Below, in pieces: positions 1 to 8,986 of a stretch of DNA of 64,000 bases. The stretch's first letter is position 1. Each line of letters opens with the position of its first letter. The notes beneath the pieces were generated by a model that had not been told where the DNA came from, searched no databases, and saw only the letters and a list, made by a program, of their open reading frames with translations. A program made the position numbers and the translations under genes. The DNA lies in contig CAJFVJ010000001.1 in NCBI GenBank assembly GCA_904420445.1, positions 10,973-74,972 of the forward strand, given 5' to 3'. Origin of the DNA: Candidatus Adamsella avium (GTDB lineage: Bacteria > Cyanobacteriota > Vampirovibrionia > Gastranaerophilales > CAJFVJ01).

Positions 1-111
1 TTGAGCAATTACTCTCGAATCAGTACAGATTGAAAACGTCTCACTCTTATCCTCAGAATGAATAACCTCTGCTCCGGTAACTTCCTCTATTTCTGCTACG
101 CTGAATTTCAT
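1..111 (-). CDS. Mur ligase family protein, N-terminal fragment (MurF-like); continues beyond the left edge
   Basis: Reverse-strand ATG at 111-109 gives MKFSVAEIEEVTGAEVIHSEDKSETFSICTDSRVIAQ. This resembles the MurF opening with its DSR motif. It is truncated, so it is absent from the ORF track. Confidence 0.4.
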   Translation of the reverse strand, partial: MKFSVAEIEEVTGAEVIHSEDKSETFSICTDSRVIAQ

Positions 112-119
112 AACCGACT

Positions 120-548
120 CTACAAAACTTGTTTCCTTATCATATCAGAAAGTTTTGGGATATTACCCTCTTTGCCAAGCAATGACACTATTACAAGATA
201 TGCAAGGACAACCAGTACAATAAAATCAACTATTGATACGCCAAAAATAAATTTGAAATCAAAAATATAAAAATATAGCAAATAAATATAAGTGCCCAAA
301 AAAGGAATTTTTACCCCGACAGCCAGCAAAAGTTTCAAAGCTATCGAAACAAGCAAATATAAAAACGCAAGAATAATCGATTGATACGCATGAAACTTGA
401 CGAAATATTTCAGCCTTTTACCTGATATCTGAGCAAGTATAATCCACAGAAGACCGACTATCCCTGTTGTTAAATATGTGAAAACTGCTATTAAACGTTC
501 AAAAAAAGGAACGACCTGGGCATTTTTATAATTCGAATAGCCCCTCAT
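120..548 (-). CDS. small integral membrane protein with about 4 TM segments (possibly Tic20/DUF4870-like)
   Basis: 142-aa ORF with several long hydrophobic stretches and an FHAYQSIIL motif. It lies directly upstream of the Mur ligase start on the same strand. Confidence 0.6.
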   Translation of the reverse strand: MRGYSNYKNAQVVPFFERLIAVFTYLTTGIVGLLWIILAQISGKRLKYFVKFHAYQSIILAFLYLLVSIALKLLLAVGVKIPFLGTYIYLLYFYIFDFKFIFGVSIVDFIVLVVLAYLVIVSLLGKEGNIPKLSDMIRKQVL

Positions 549-659
549 TTATCCTCCTTAGTTAATTCAAAAAATAGTACTTTATAATGATACAACAATT
601 ATAATAAAAATGAGAAACTTATTAATAATAAATATAAAGATTTTAAAGGAGAAATTTTT

Positions 660-1763
660 ATGTCAAAAACAATATGGGAAAAATACGCTGACGTTCTTGT
701 AGATTACTCAACAAACGTTCAAAAAGGAGATATCGTAATCATCCGCTCGGAAGCGCAGGCTCAGCCGCTTATCAAAGCTGTCTATGAAGCGGTACTCAAA
801 AAAGGCGCTTATCCTATCACAAAATTGTCAATAGAAGGGCTATCTGAAATCTATTTCAAAACAGCAACCGATGAACAGCTCGAATACATAGACCCTTTTA
901 TCAAATATGAATATGACCACGCCGATAAATTTATATCTATCGACGCACCATACAACACAAAAAATCTCACAAGACTCCCTTCTGAAAAACTTGCAAAACG
1001 CTCAAGCGCAACAAGACCGCTCTCTGATAAACTTCTGCAAAGAGCAGCCGAAGGCTCCCTCAGCTGGGTAATCTGCAACTTCCCGACAAATGCCCTCGCT
1101 CAGGAAGGCAAAATGTCACTGAGCGAATATGAAGAATTTCTCTTCAATGCCTGCTATCTCAACACCGATAATCCTGTTGCCGAATGGAAAAAAATCGGGG
1201 AAAAACAACAAAAAATTGCAGACTACCTGAATACAACATCAAAAGTCAGATACGTAGGCGAAAAAACAGACATAACTTTCTCTACTGCAGGAAGAAAATG
1301 GATTAGCTGCTGCGGGCTGAATAACTTCCCTGACGGCGAAATTTTCACATCCCCCGTCGAAGACAGCGCAGAAGGAGAAATCTTCTTCGACTTCCCGCAA
1401 ATATATCGCGGAAACGAAGCCCAAAACGTCTACCTGAAACTCGAAAAAGGTAAAGTCATAGAAGCACACGCTGATAAAGGAGAAGAATTCCTCCTCAAAA
1501 TGATAAACCAGGATGAAGGCGCCCGCTTTGTCGGAGAAGTGGCAATCGGCACAAATGAAATGATTCAGGATATCACAGGAAACATCCTGTTCGATGAAAA
1601 AATCGGAGGAGCAATCCATATGGCTCTCGGAGCATCTTATCCCGAAACAGGCGGCAAAAACACCTCAGGGCTCCACTGGGATTTGATTAAAAATATGAAA
1701 AACGGCGGTAAAATCTATGCCGATGACAAATTGATATACGAAAACGGTAAATTTATTATCTAA
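660..1763 (+). CDS. aminopeptidase, M29 (AmpS/PepS) family
   Basis: 367 aa with an AGGAG-type RBS upstream. N-terminus (WEKYADVLVDYSTNVQKGD) and C-terminus (GTNE...HMALG...HWDLI) are typical of thermophilic-metalloprotease M29 aminopeptidases. Confidence 0.85.
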   Translation: MSKTIWEKYADVLVDYSTNVQKGDIVIIRSEAQAQPLIKAVYEAVLKKGAYPITKLSIEGLSEIYFKTATDEQLEYIDPFIKYEYDHADKFISIDAPYNTKNLTRLPSEKLAKRSSATRPLSDKLLQRAAEGSLSWVICNFPTNALAQEGKMSLSEYEEFLFNACYLNTDNPVAEWKKIGEKQQKIADYLNTTSKVRYVGEKTDITFSTAGRKWISCCGLNNFPDGEIFTSPVEDSAEGEIFFDFPQIYRGNEAQNVYLKLEKGKVIEAHADKGEEFLLKMINQDEGARFVGEVAIGTNEMIQDITGNILFDEKIGGAIHMALGASYPETGGKNTSGLHWDLIKNMKNGGKIYADDKLIYENGKFII

Positions 1764-1789
1764 ATAAATCTAATGTAAAAGAACAGATG

Positions 1790-2050
1790 ACCTGCAGAAG
1801 ACGAAGGAAAAACGCACCACGTCATTCTGCAGGCTGTTTGTCGTTGAGGCTGCGCACACGGGAGTGCAACGACCGCACCCTTGGGGTGTCCTCATATGTA
1901 CGGATAACGCCTACATCTGAGGCAAGAATCTCTCTCACCTCTCCGCCTCTTGTCGTCCTGAGTGCAACGAAGGGTCTGAAACTCTTTTGTACACAAAGAT
2001 ACTTCACTACGCTCAACATGACGTTTACTCCAAAAGACTCTTCGCTGCAA
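1790..2050. repeat. GC-rich composite copy of the short interspersed intergenic repeat family (copy A)
   Basis: Visibly more GC-rich than its surroundings. Contains gtcattctgcagg and gtcgtcctgagtgcaacgaagggtctgaa...atacttcactacgctcaacatgacg units related to the copies at 5212, 15521 and 60715. Also has the internal inverted repeat cctgcagaagac/gtcattctgcagg. Confidence 0.5.
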
Positions 2051-2159
2051 TAATGTTGCTATTCACATATTTTATTTATAATTGTAAAAAAATGTATACA
2101 ATATAACACTTACAACTGTTCACCGATTTTATAATAATTGGCAAAATAAGGAATATTCT

Positions 2160-2939
2160 ATGTTTATTACACCAATATCTTTCAACACAACAAATTGCAA
2201 AAAACAAATAAATCAAACAACTTTCGGCTTATCGGAAAAAGCGGCCCGGCAAGCGCCCCCTCTTCATATAATTACTCCGAACAAAGTCGATGAAATAATC
2301 AAAAGACCAGAAATCTTCAACTATGCAGAAATTACCGTCCAATCACAAGAAGATGACAGTACCTGGAGAATCACTGGCTGTGAAGGTAAAACCCCAAAAA
2401 ACGCTTTCCTCGTGATGAAAAAAGACGGCGAAGAAAAAATTGTCACAACCAAAGAACTGTGCGAAGACTACAAAAACTGGCGCTCTTTGTTTATAAGAGG
2501 CAGCCTCCAGACACACATGCCCAGGAAAATTACCCCAAAAACATCAACTCCATCAGCTCTCTCTTCTCAGCAAAGACAACAGGTACTCCCTGCTGTTTCA
2601 GAAAAATTCAAAAGAGAAAACAGGTTTGAAACCGTAATGAAAACCCTAAAACCCGGAAAAAATGTCAACAGACAAGACTTTTTCCTGTATATGGTTTCTT
2701 TTACTCCCGATAAATATTCAATCAGAGCAACAATGAACGACGGCTCAACAAAAAACGTTTCAAAAGTATGTCTCCCGGATAAAGATACCGATTTAATCAG
2801 TGAAAATATGGTAATCATATTCAAACCGACACCAGATACTCCTTACGGAAGCTTGATGACCTTTGATGAGTTTTATGAAAACTGCAACAGCATAAACTTC
2901 TGGAATCCAAATTATACTATAGGCGAAAAAGAGAACTGA
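2160..2939 (+). CDS. hypothetical protein with a polar N-terminus and no signal peptide
   Basis: 259-aa ORF with an AAGGA RBS. N-terminus is MFITPISFNTTNCKKQINQTTFGLSEK. I recognise no family. Confidence 0.6.
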   Translation: MFITPISFNTTNCKKQINQTTFGLSEKAARQAPPLHIITPNKVDEIIKRPEIFNYAEITVQSQEDDSTWRITGCEGKTPKNAFLVMKKDGEEKIVTTKELCEDYKNWRSLFIRGSLQTHMPRKITPKTSTPSALSSQQRQQVLPAVSEKFKRENRFETVMKTLKPGKNVNRQDFFLYMVSFTPDKYSIRATMNDGSTKNVSKVCLPDKDTDLISENMVIIFKPTPDTPYGSLMTFDEFYENCNSINFWNPNYTIGEKEN

Positions 2940-3572
2940 TTATTCAACCTGTTGTCTTAGTCTGTTCAGGTATTCTGTTGCTATTTCATAAGTTTCCTTA
3001 CCGCTCTTCTCATCTTCGCCGCCTTCACTGCAGCCCTCAGAGATAAAGACTTTACCGTTGCGGCACACACCGAACCAAAATCTGTCATACCCGCAGGCAT
3101 TCGGTCCGTTATCTTCTCCATTCAAATCAACCATTACAGTATTGGCTTTCGCTTCAATCTGTGGACCGACATTATTATAATTATCACAAACACCTGCCGG
3201 AGCAGCTTCGTTCCATCCAAGAGCGCCATCTCTCCAGGAAATACCGTCATCGGTAGTGAATTTTCCGCCTTCATCTCCTGAAATTGTATTCACTTTGGCA
3301 ATAAAACACCCTCTAAAATCTCTAGTTTTGCAAGGACAAGCAACAGTAGCATCGGGACATGGTGCTTTGCTCAAATCACCATCAGGATACATAACAGAAT
3401 CATTTGCCAGTTCTGAGCAAACCTGAGAAAAAGTAGTGTATGCCTTTCTGAACATATGAAAATAACTGTTCGGGATAGCTTTCATAATCGCAGGCGCAAG
3501 CAGGGCACCGATTACTCCGAGAATAGCAATAACTATAATTGCCTCTATAAGCGTAAAACCTTTTTTATTCAT
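2940..3572 (-). CDS. prepilin-type N-terminal cleavage/methylation domain protein (type IV pilin / pseudopilin-like) with a Cys-rich C-terminal domain
   Basis: The internal ATG at 3572 gives MNKKGFTLIEAIIVIAILGVIGALLAP, a class III signal peptide (G/FTLIE). The C-terminal part contains 9 Cys. Confidence 0.85.
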   Translation of the reverse strand: MNKKGFTLIEAIIVIAILGVIGALLAPAIMKAIPNSYFHMFRKAYTTFSQVCSELANDSVMYPDGDLSKAPCPDATVACPCKTRDFRGCFIAKVNTISGDEGGKFTTDDGISWRDGALGWNEAAPAGVCDNYNNVGPQIEAKANTVMVDLNGEDNGPNACGYDRFWFGVCRNGKVFISEGCSEGGEDEKSGKETYEIATEYLNRLRQQVE

Positions 3573-3730
3573 ACAAATCTCCGATTTTAAATTATTATTT
3601 ACCAAAAAATTTGAAAATTATTTTTCAGCATGTACTATATTATAATAATGATTATATTTTAATAATACAACAATTTGAACATTTTTATATAAAAAACTAA
3701 ATGAAACATACAAAACAAGGAGAATAAAGA

Positions 3731-4417
3731 GTGCGAAAGTTCACAAAACTTTTTTTAACTGCTTTATTGCTGCTGTCAGTAATGAGTTCATCACAGGCAC
3801 AAAATAATGTTGTCTCAAATCAATTAGCAATCAAAGAAAAAATTGTTAGACACTCACTGCAATATGGTGTTGACCCTGCATTATCACTGAGCGTCGTAAA
3901 ACAAGAATCAAACTTCAACAAAAGTGCAAAAAGCGCACAAGGGGCGGTAGGACTTTTTCAGCTTATGCCCTCAACAGCAAAAAGCCTCGGAGTTAATCCT
4001 TATTACATCAACGAAAACATAATAGGCGGCATAAAATACCTCAAAAGCCTGCAGGACAAATTCGGTTCCGTTGATTTGGTTATAGCTGCCTACAACGCAG
4101 GTCCGGGAGCCGTTAAAAGACATAACGGCATACCGCCTTATAGAGAAACAAGAGCTTATGTCAAAAAAATCGTAACTCACTACAACTACCTGAAGGTTAA
4201 TCCGGATCCGGTTATTTTGAAAGTTCAAAAAGAAATAAAACAAAAAGAATCTTCAAAACAACTTGCCTCTGCTAACAATCAGGAACAAACACAGGAAAAA
4301 ATACTTCCTGCAGAAATCGAAGCAATAAAAGAAGTTGAAAAATATCAGTCTATTATGGAGAGCAAATCTCCTCTGTCAAAAAGACTCAAAAGGTCAAAAA
4401 TTATACAAAATATCTAA
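3731..4417 (+). CDS. secreted lytic transglycosylase (SLT domain)
   Basis: GTG start behind AAGGAG. Has a signal peptide (LLTALLLLSVMSSSQA). SLT motifs present: VVKQESNFN, GLFQLMPSTAK, AAYNAGPGAV. Confidence 0.85.
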   Translation: MRKFTKLFLTALLLLSVMSSSQAQNNVVSNQLAIKEKIVRHSLQYGVDPALSLSVVKQESNFNKSAKSAQGAVGLFQLMPSTAKSLGVNPYYINENIIGGIKYLKSLQDKFGSVDLVIAAYNAGPGAVKRHNGIPPYRETRAYVKKIVTHYNYLKVNPDPVILKVQKEIKQKESSKQLASANNQEQTQEKILPAEIEAIKEVEKYQSIMESKSPLSKRLKRSKIIQNI

Positions 4418-4440
4418 AAAATAATAATTTTTATGATTGA

Positions 4441-4478
4441 AAAATGCATTTTACTATTGGCTAAAATGCATTTTTTTG
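4441..4478 (+). terminator. rho-independent terminator after the SLT gene
   Basis: Perfect 12-bp arms aaaatgcatttt (4441-4452 and 4463-4474) followed by a T-run. Confidence 0.6.
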
Positions 4479-4522
4479 ATATCCTGTTGATATTATAGGT
4501 ATGTAAATCTAATAAAAATACT

Positions 4523-5197
4523 ATGTTTAATGAAATCAGATCACATGAAATAACCGTCGATACGGTAATACTCACTATTAGAAAGAAAAAACTCAAAGTA
4601 TTGCTGGTTCAAAGGACTCAAGAACCGTTCAAAGACCACTGGGCGCTGCCTGGCGGATATATCAGACTCTCAGAAACACTTGACGATGCAGCAAAAAGAG
4701 TCCTCATGGAAAAAACAGGCGTCAAAAACGTTTACCTAGAACAGCTTTACACCTTCGGAGACCCTCTCCGTCACCCGAAATCACGTGTTATCACCGTCGG
4801 TTATTATGCTTTGATAAGGTCTGAAGACATACAGCTTTCTTTTGATACGGATCAAACAAAAGCCGTCAAATGGCATTCAATCTATGAACTGCCATCATTA
4901 GCCTATGACCACAAACAGATTATCGAATATGCAATCGAAAGGCTGAGAGAACGTCTTGAATACACTCCCGTTGCCTTCCAGCTTTTACCGAAGAGATTCA
5001 CGCTCACTCAGCTCCAAAAAACTTATGAGATGATTCTCGGAAAAGAAATCGACAAAAGAAACTTCAGAAAGAAAATGCTCGCCTCAGAACTTCTCACAGA
5101 GCTTGAAGAAATGACAAAAGAAGGTTCAAAAAGACCTGCGAGATTGTATTCTTTCAACAAAGCTTACATCGAAAAAAATCACCTGAAACAGTACTGA
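4523..5197 (+). CDS. NrtR-like protein: Nudix hydrolase domain fused to a C-terminal winged-HTH
   Basis: Nudix box present (LPGGYIRLSETLDDAAKRVLMEKTG). The C-terminus (FTLTQLQKTYEMILGKEIDKRNFRKK...RPARLYSF) is typical of the NrtR family. Confidence 0.8.
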   Translation: MFNEIRSHEITVDTVILTIRKKKLKVLLVQRTQEPFKDHWALPGGYIRLSETLDDAAKRVLMEKTGVKNVYLEQLYTFGDPLRHPKSRVITVGYYALIRSEDIQLSFDTDQTKAVKWHSIYELPSLAYDHKQIIEYAIERLRERLEYTPVAFQLLPKRFTLTQLQKTYEMILGKEIDKRNFRKKMLASELLTELEEMTKEGSKRPARLYSFNKAYIEKNHLKQY

Positions 5198-5211
5198 TAT
5201 ATAGCAAACCA

Positions 5212-5324
5212 CAGATACTATTAAAAGTCTGTCATTCTGAGGGCTTTAGACCGAAGAATCTTTTTTGTTCAGATACTTCGCTAACGCTCAGTATGACGTT
5301 GTTTGGGAAATTTTTGACGGAATT
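5212..5324 (+). repeat. short interspersed intergenic repeat, copy B
   Basis: cagatactattaaaagtctgtcattctgagggctttagaccgaagaatc...gatacttcgctaacgctcagtatgacgttgtttgggaaattt. Near-identical in reverse complement to 15521-15633. Terminal inverted motif gtcattctgag / ctcagtatgac. Confidence 0.7.
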
Positions 5325-5351
5325 CGCTATATAAATCCCTTGATTTTATTG

Positions 5352-5380
5352 TTGTAAAAAAAAATCTTTTGTTGTATATT
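5352..5380 (+). promoter_or_regulatory. sigma70-like promoter for tRNA-Gly
   Basis: TTGTAA (5352-5357), a 17-nt spacer, then TATATT (5375-5380). The -10 element ends 12 nt before the tRNA 5' end. Confidence 0.45.
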
Positions 5381-5392
5381 TACTTATGTTAA

Positions 5393-5464
5393 GCGGACGT
5401 AGCTCAGTTGGTAGAGCTTCTGCCTTCCAAGCAGAATGTCGCGAGTTCGAGCCTCGTCGTCCGC
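5393..5464 (+). tRNA. tRNA-Gly (anticodon UCC)
   Basis: Folds by hand as a 72-nt cloverleaf. Acceptor gcggacg/cgtccgc, D arm gctc-agttggta-gagc, anticodon stem tctgc/gcaga with loop cttccaa, T arm gcgag-ttcgagc-ctcgt. No CCA is encoded. Confidence 0.9.
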
Positions 5465-5537
5465 TTTTTTGCATCTTTATTTAAATTGCTTATAATGCAT
5501 CGTATATGATAATAGAATAAAGAAACTCATCGAATAA

Positions 5538-5996
5538 ATGAACATAGAGAATAATATTATCTCTGATTTAGGTAATATCATATTTCCAATTGTCAGAGAA
5601 ACAACAAAACAAACCCTAAATGCAAAGTTAGACTTAAACTTATCAGTTATGTACGAAGATATACTGAACAAACTGGCAAAATCAAATTTCAGAAGCAAAT
5701 TCAAACTCAAAGATAAAGATAAACTCTATATCAAACAAAAAGGCTTGAACACAATCCGCTCGCATGCCTGCGACTTTATCAACAAGCGGATAGCTCCCGC
5801 CCTAATTCCAAATGACGGCAAACAAACCCCTATGAAGGGACACCCTGTGTTTATCGCCCAGCATGCAACTGCAACCTGCTGCAGGGGATGTATCTCAAAA
5901 TGGCATCATTTCAAACCCGGTACAGAACTTGATAACAAACAACGGGAATATATTATCAACCTGATTATGGAGTGGATAAAACGGCAGCTCTTATAA
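5538..5996 (+). CDS. DUF4186 family protein
   Basis: The C-terminal 115 aa (FRSKFKL...HACDFINKRIAP...NDGKQTPMKGHPVFIAQHATATCCRGCISKWH) match my memory of DUF4186. The true start may be the internal ATG at 5649. Confidence 0.7.
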   Translation: MNIENNIISDLGNIIFPIVRETTKQTLNAKLDLNLSVMYEDILNKLAKSNFRSKFKLKDKDKLYIKQKGLNTIRSHACDFINKRIAPALIPNDGKQTPMKGHPVFIAQHATATCCRGCISKWHHFKPGTELDNKQREYIINLIMEWIKRQLL

Positions 5997-6023
5997 AATT
6001 TTTATTTTAATAAGGATATAGTA

Positions 6024-6887
6024 ATGGAAAAAATTTTAAAAATTGATAAAGAAAAATGTATAAACTGCAACCTGTGTAATAAAACCTGTATTCTGACAAA
6101 ATTTTGCGGATATGAAAAAATAGAAGACGGTGCTCAGAAATTTTGTATCAATTGCGGGCACTGCATTGCTATATGCCCAACAGGCGCAATAAATCATTAC
6201 AAAATCAAATCCGTTGAAAAAATAGGAGAACTCCCCAACTTTGAAATGACCAAAAATCTAATCATGAAAACAAGAAGTGTCAGGGATTTTACAGGAGAAA
6301 AACTAAAAGACACAGAAATAGAATCATTTAGAAAAATTATGGAATATTCAGCATCGGGCATTAATTTACAAAGTATAGAATTAATGATAATACAAGATGA
6401 ACAGCAACTAAAAAATATAACAAAAATTACAATGCAGATGTATAACCTTATAGAAAAAATATACAAGTTTCCATTTATAAAAAATATAATTAAGTTTGCA
6501 GGGGGAAAAAATAATTTTGAAAGCCTAAAATTTGAAGTCAACACTCATAAACAAAGAAAAATAGCTTACCAAAACGGTGCTGACCCGATTTTATATAATG
6601 CTCCTGCGCTTTTATTATTCATTGCACCCGATAAAAGTGCTCTTGCAACAGATGACTCAACGATAATATCTCAGAATATTCTGCTTGCATCATCTGCTTT
6701 AAATCTTGGCGGATGCTATATGGGATGCATTACAGTCGGTTGTAAATTACTAAAATATAAACCATTAATAAAGTCTTTAAAAATACCAAAAGGCTATTTT
6801 TTATCTCAAGCTTTAGTCATTGGGCATCCTTCATTTCAGTTGACCAATATGCCGGAAAGAAATCACAAAAATATTAATTTGATATAA
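6024..6887 (+). CDS. 2x[4Fe-4S] ferredoxin domain fused to a nitroreductase-family domain
   Basis: CINCNLCNKTC and CINCGHCIAICP cluster motifs at the N-terminus. These are followed by a nitroreductase-like region (RSVRDFT...). Confidence 0.75.
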   Translation: MEKILKIDKEKCINCNLCNKTCILTKFCGYEKIEDGAQKFCINCGHCIAICPTGAINHYKIKSVEKIGELPNFEMTKNLIMKTRSVRDFTGEKLKDTEIESFRKIMEYSASGINLQSIELMIIQDEQQLKNITKITMQMYNLIEKIYKFPFIKNIIKFAGGKNNFESLKFEVNTHKQRKIAYQNGADPILYNAPALLLFIAPDKSALATDDSTIISQNILLASSALNLGGCYMGCITVGCKLLKYKPLIKSLKIPKGYFLSQALVIGHPSFQLTNMPERNHKNINLI

Positions 6888-6896
6888 AATACAAAA

Positions 6897-6918
6897 AAAA
6901 ACAGCCGAAGCTGTTTTT
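6897..6918 (+). terminator. rho-independent terminator
   Basis: aaaacagc-cgaa-gctgtttt hairpin with a T-run, 10 nt after the stop codon. Confidence 0.5.
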
Positions 6919-6957
6919 AAAGAAAAATCCCAAAAATCCCCAATTTAAAGTCTTTTA

Positions 6958-7146
6958 CTATTCCAGTAGCGTTTCCAAAATACTTGCATTTTTATTCGCC
7001 AAAGCATTTTCTCTGACTCTTGCTTTGTGAATATATGTTCTCAGCGCCTCACGAATAAGTTCGCTTCTCGAACGCTGTTCTGCCTGTGCAAAATTGTCTA
7101 TGCTGTCCAAAAATTCATCAGGCATTGATATCAAAATTCTTGCCAT
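6958..7146 (-). CDS. ribbon-helix-helix (CopG/MetJ-type) DNA-binding protein
   Basis: 62 aa, MARILISMPDEFLDSIDNFAQAEQRSRSELIREALRTY, the canonical RHH pattern. No partner toxin gene is adjacent. Confidence 0.75.
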   Translation of the reverse strand: MARILISMPDEFLDSIDNFAQAEQRSRSELIREALRTYIHKARVRENALANKNASILETLLE

Positions 7147-7323
7147 TTTTATTCCTCTCTTTTAAACTCTCTTGACGACTATTCCTCTTTTTAGACTCTC
7201 TATTTTTATCTTTGTCTTCTCTATATTTATATAAAAACAAAAGTATATAAAAAATTGCTATTTTTTATATACTTTTGTAAACATCAATTATATTATTAAA
7301 TTTAAGAAAAAGATAACATAACA

Positions 7324-7348
7324 AAAGCGGTCTTAATAAGACCGCTTT
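7324..7348 (-). terminator. terminator downstream of fabF
   Basis: aaagcggtc-ttaataa-gaccgcttt hairpin 19 nt after the fabF stop. Confidence 0.5.
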
Positions 7349-7366
7349 CTGTATATTCTCAACTTT

Positions 7367-8614
7367 TTATTCATATTTTTTGAAAATCAAAGTAGCATTA
7401 TGACCGCCAAAACCGAATGAATTATTCATAGCGGCTTTCAAATTGGTAACTTTCTTTGCCTTATGAGGAACCAAATCCATATCAGGAATTCTCTCATCCT
7501 TATTATCAAGGTTGATAGTAGGAGGAACAACTCCTGTCTGGATTGCCTTAATGCAGGCAATTGATTCCATAGCACCTGTAGCTCCCAAAGAGTGACCTAT
7601 CATGCTCTTTGTTGAACTTACCATCAAACCGTTTTTGGAATAATCTCCAAAAACATCTTCAATAGCAAGCGCTTCAGCAATATCACCAAGTCCGGTGCTT
7701 GTGCCGTGAGCGTTGATGTATTGAACATCTTCAGGAGCAAAATCGGCATCTGAAAGAGCAGCTCTCATCGCTCTTCTTGCACCTTCACCGGATGGAGCAA
7801 CCATATCATAAGCATCCGCCGTAGCGCCATAGCCTACGATTTCGCCGTAAATTTTTGCCCCTCTTGCTTTGGCATGCTCAAGTTCTTCAAGAATCAAAAT
7901 TCCAGCACCTTCAGCCATAACAAAACCATCTCTGTCTTTATCAAATGGTCTTGAAGCTTTTTCAGGTTCGTCATTTCTGTGAGAGAGAGTTCTTGCTGCA
8001 ATAAACCCGCTCAAACCTAATGTGGTTAAAGCAGCTTCACCGCCGCCTGCAATCATTACATCAGCATCTCCATATTGAATTGTTCTGAAAGAATCTCCAA
8101 TAGAGTGTGCTGATGTGGCACATGCAGTTACAACCGCCTTATTTGGACCTTTAGCATTGAGTTTTATGGAAATCAGACCTGCTCCCATATCGCATATCAT
8201 CATCGGAACGGTAAACGGACTGCATTTGCCTGGTCCCTTTGCCAATATTTGATTATGGTTTGCTTCAATTGTTCCCATGCCGCCTGCAGCACTTCCGACA
8301 ATAACACCCAATCTGTTAGGGTCCGTATTTTCTTCATTCAGTCCTGCATCTTTATAAGCTTCCATAGCGGCAACAAGAACAAATTGAATGTATCTGTCCA
8401 TTCTCTTTGCTTCTTTTTTGTCGAGATAATCTTCAGGATTGAAATCTTTATTCTTGATTTCTCCGCCAATTTGAGAAGCAAAGCCTGTGATATCCATATT
8501 TTCTATTTTGGATATCCCGCTTTTGCCTGCGGTCAAGCCATCCCAAAGTTTATCAACTCCGACACCATAAGCCGTTACGGCTCCCAAGCCGGTTATTACT
8601 ACTCTTCTTTTCAT
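7367..8614 (-). CDS. fabF: 3-oxoacyl-ACP synthase II
   Basis: 415 aa. KRRVVITGLG start, active-site ACATS, HGTST and GHSLGATG motifs. Position after acpP. Confidence 0.95.
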   Translation of the reverse strand: MKRRVVITGLGAVTAYGVGVDKLWDGLTAGKSGISKIENMDITGFASQIGGEIKNKDFNPEDYLDKKEAKRMDRYIQFVLVAAMEAYKDAGLNEENTDPNRLGVIVGSAAGGMGTIEANHNQILAKGPGKCSPFTVPMMICDMGAGLISIKLNAKGPNKAVVTACATSAHSIGDSFRTIQYGDADVMIAGGGEAALTTLGLSGFIAARTLSHRNDEPEKASRPFDKDRDGFVMAEGAGILILEELEHAKARGAKIYGEIVGYGATADAYDMVAPSGEGARRAMRAALSDADFAPEDVQYINAHGTSTGLGDIAEALAIEDVFGDYSKNGLMVSSTKSMIGHSLGATGAMESIACIKAIQTGVVPPTINLDNKDERIPDMDLVPHKAKKVTNLKAAMNNSFGFGGHNATLIFKKYE

Positions 8615-8641
8615 TTCAGCTACCTTTTAAATTTGAACAAA

Positions 8642-8875
8642 TTATTTTGAGTGAGAATCGATATATTCAACTGCATCTTTTACTGTTGCAATTTTTTCAG
8701 CTTCTTCATCAGGAATTTCTACACCGAATTCATCTTCAAAAGCCATTACCAATTCTACTGTATCCAAAGAATCAGCACCGAGGTCAGCTGTGAAGCTTGC
8801 ATCCATGGTTACCTGGTCTTCTTCTACGCTCAATTGTTCTACTACAACTTTTTTTACTTTTTCAAATGTACTCAT
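8642..8875 (-). CDS. acpP: acyl carrier protein
   Basis: 77 aa with the [19 protein letters not shown] phosphopantetheine-attachment motif. Confidence 0.95.
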   Translation of the reverse strand: MSTFEKVKKVVVEQLSVEEDQVTMDASFTADLGADSLDTVELVMAFEDEFGVEIPDEEAEKIATVKDAVEYIDSHSK

Positions 8876-8986
8876 TTTGCTTTTCCTCTTTACTTAAAAT
8901 AACATAATACGAATTTAATTTTACTATTATCGGCAACTCTTGCCAAATTATTTACGAATAATTCTAACAAAAACATATTTGAAAAT

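Noticed and set aside
58-270. 70-aa plus-strand ORF at the left edge
   Set aside because: It lies antisense to the membrane-protein gene (120-548) and the Mur ligase start. It has no RBS and its sequence shows no protein-like features.
1787-2053. 88-aa (plus) and 65-aa (minus) ORFs in the GC-rich patch
   Set aside because: They lie entirely inside the composite interspersed repeat. They are Arg/Ser/Cys-rich with no RBS, so the open frames are a by-product of GC-rich repeat sequence.
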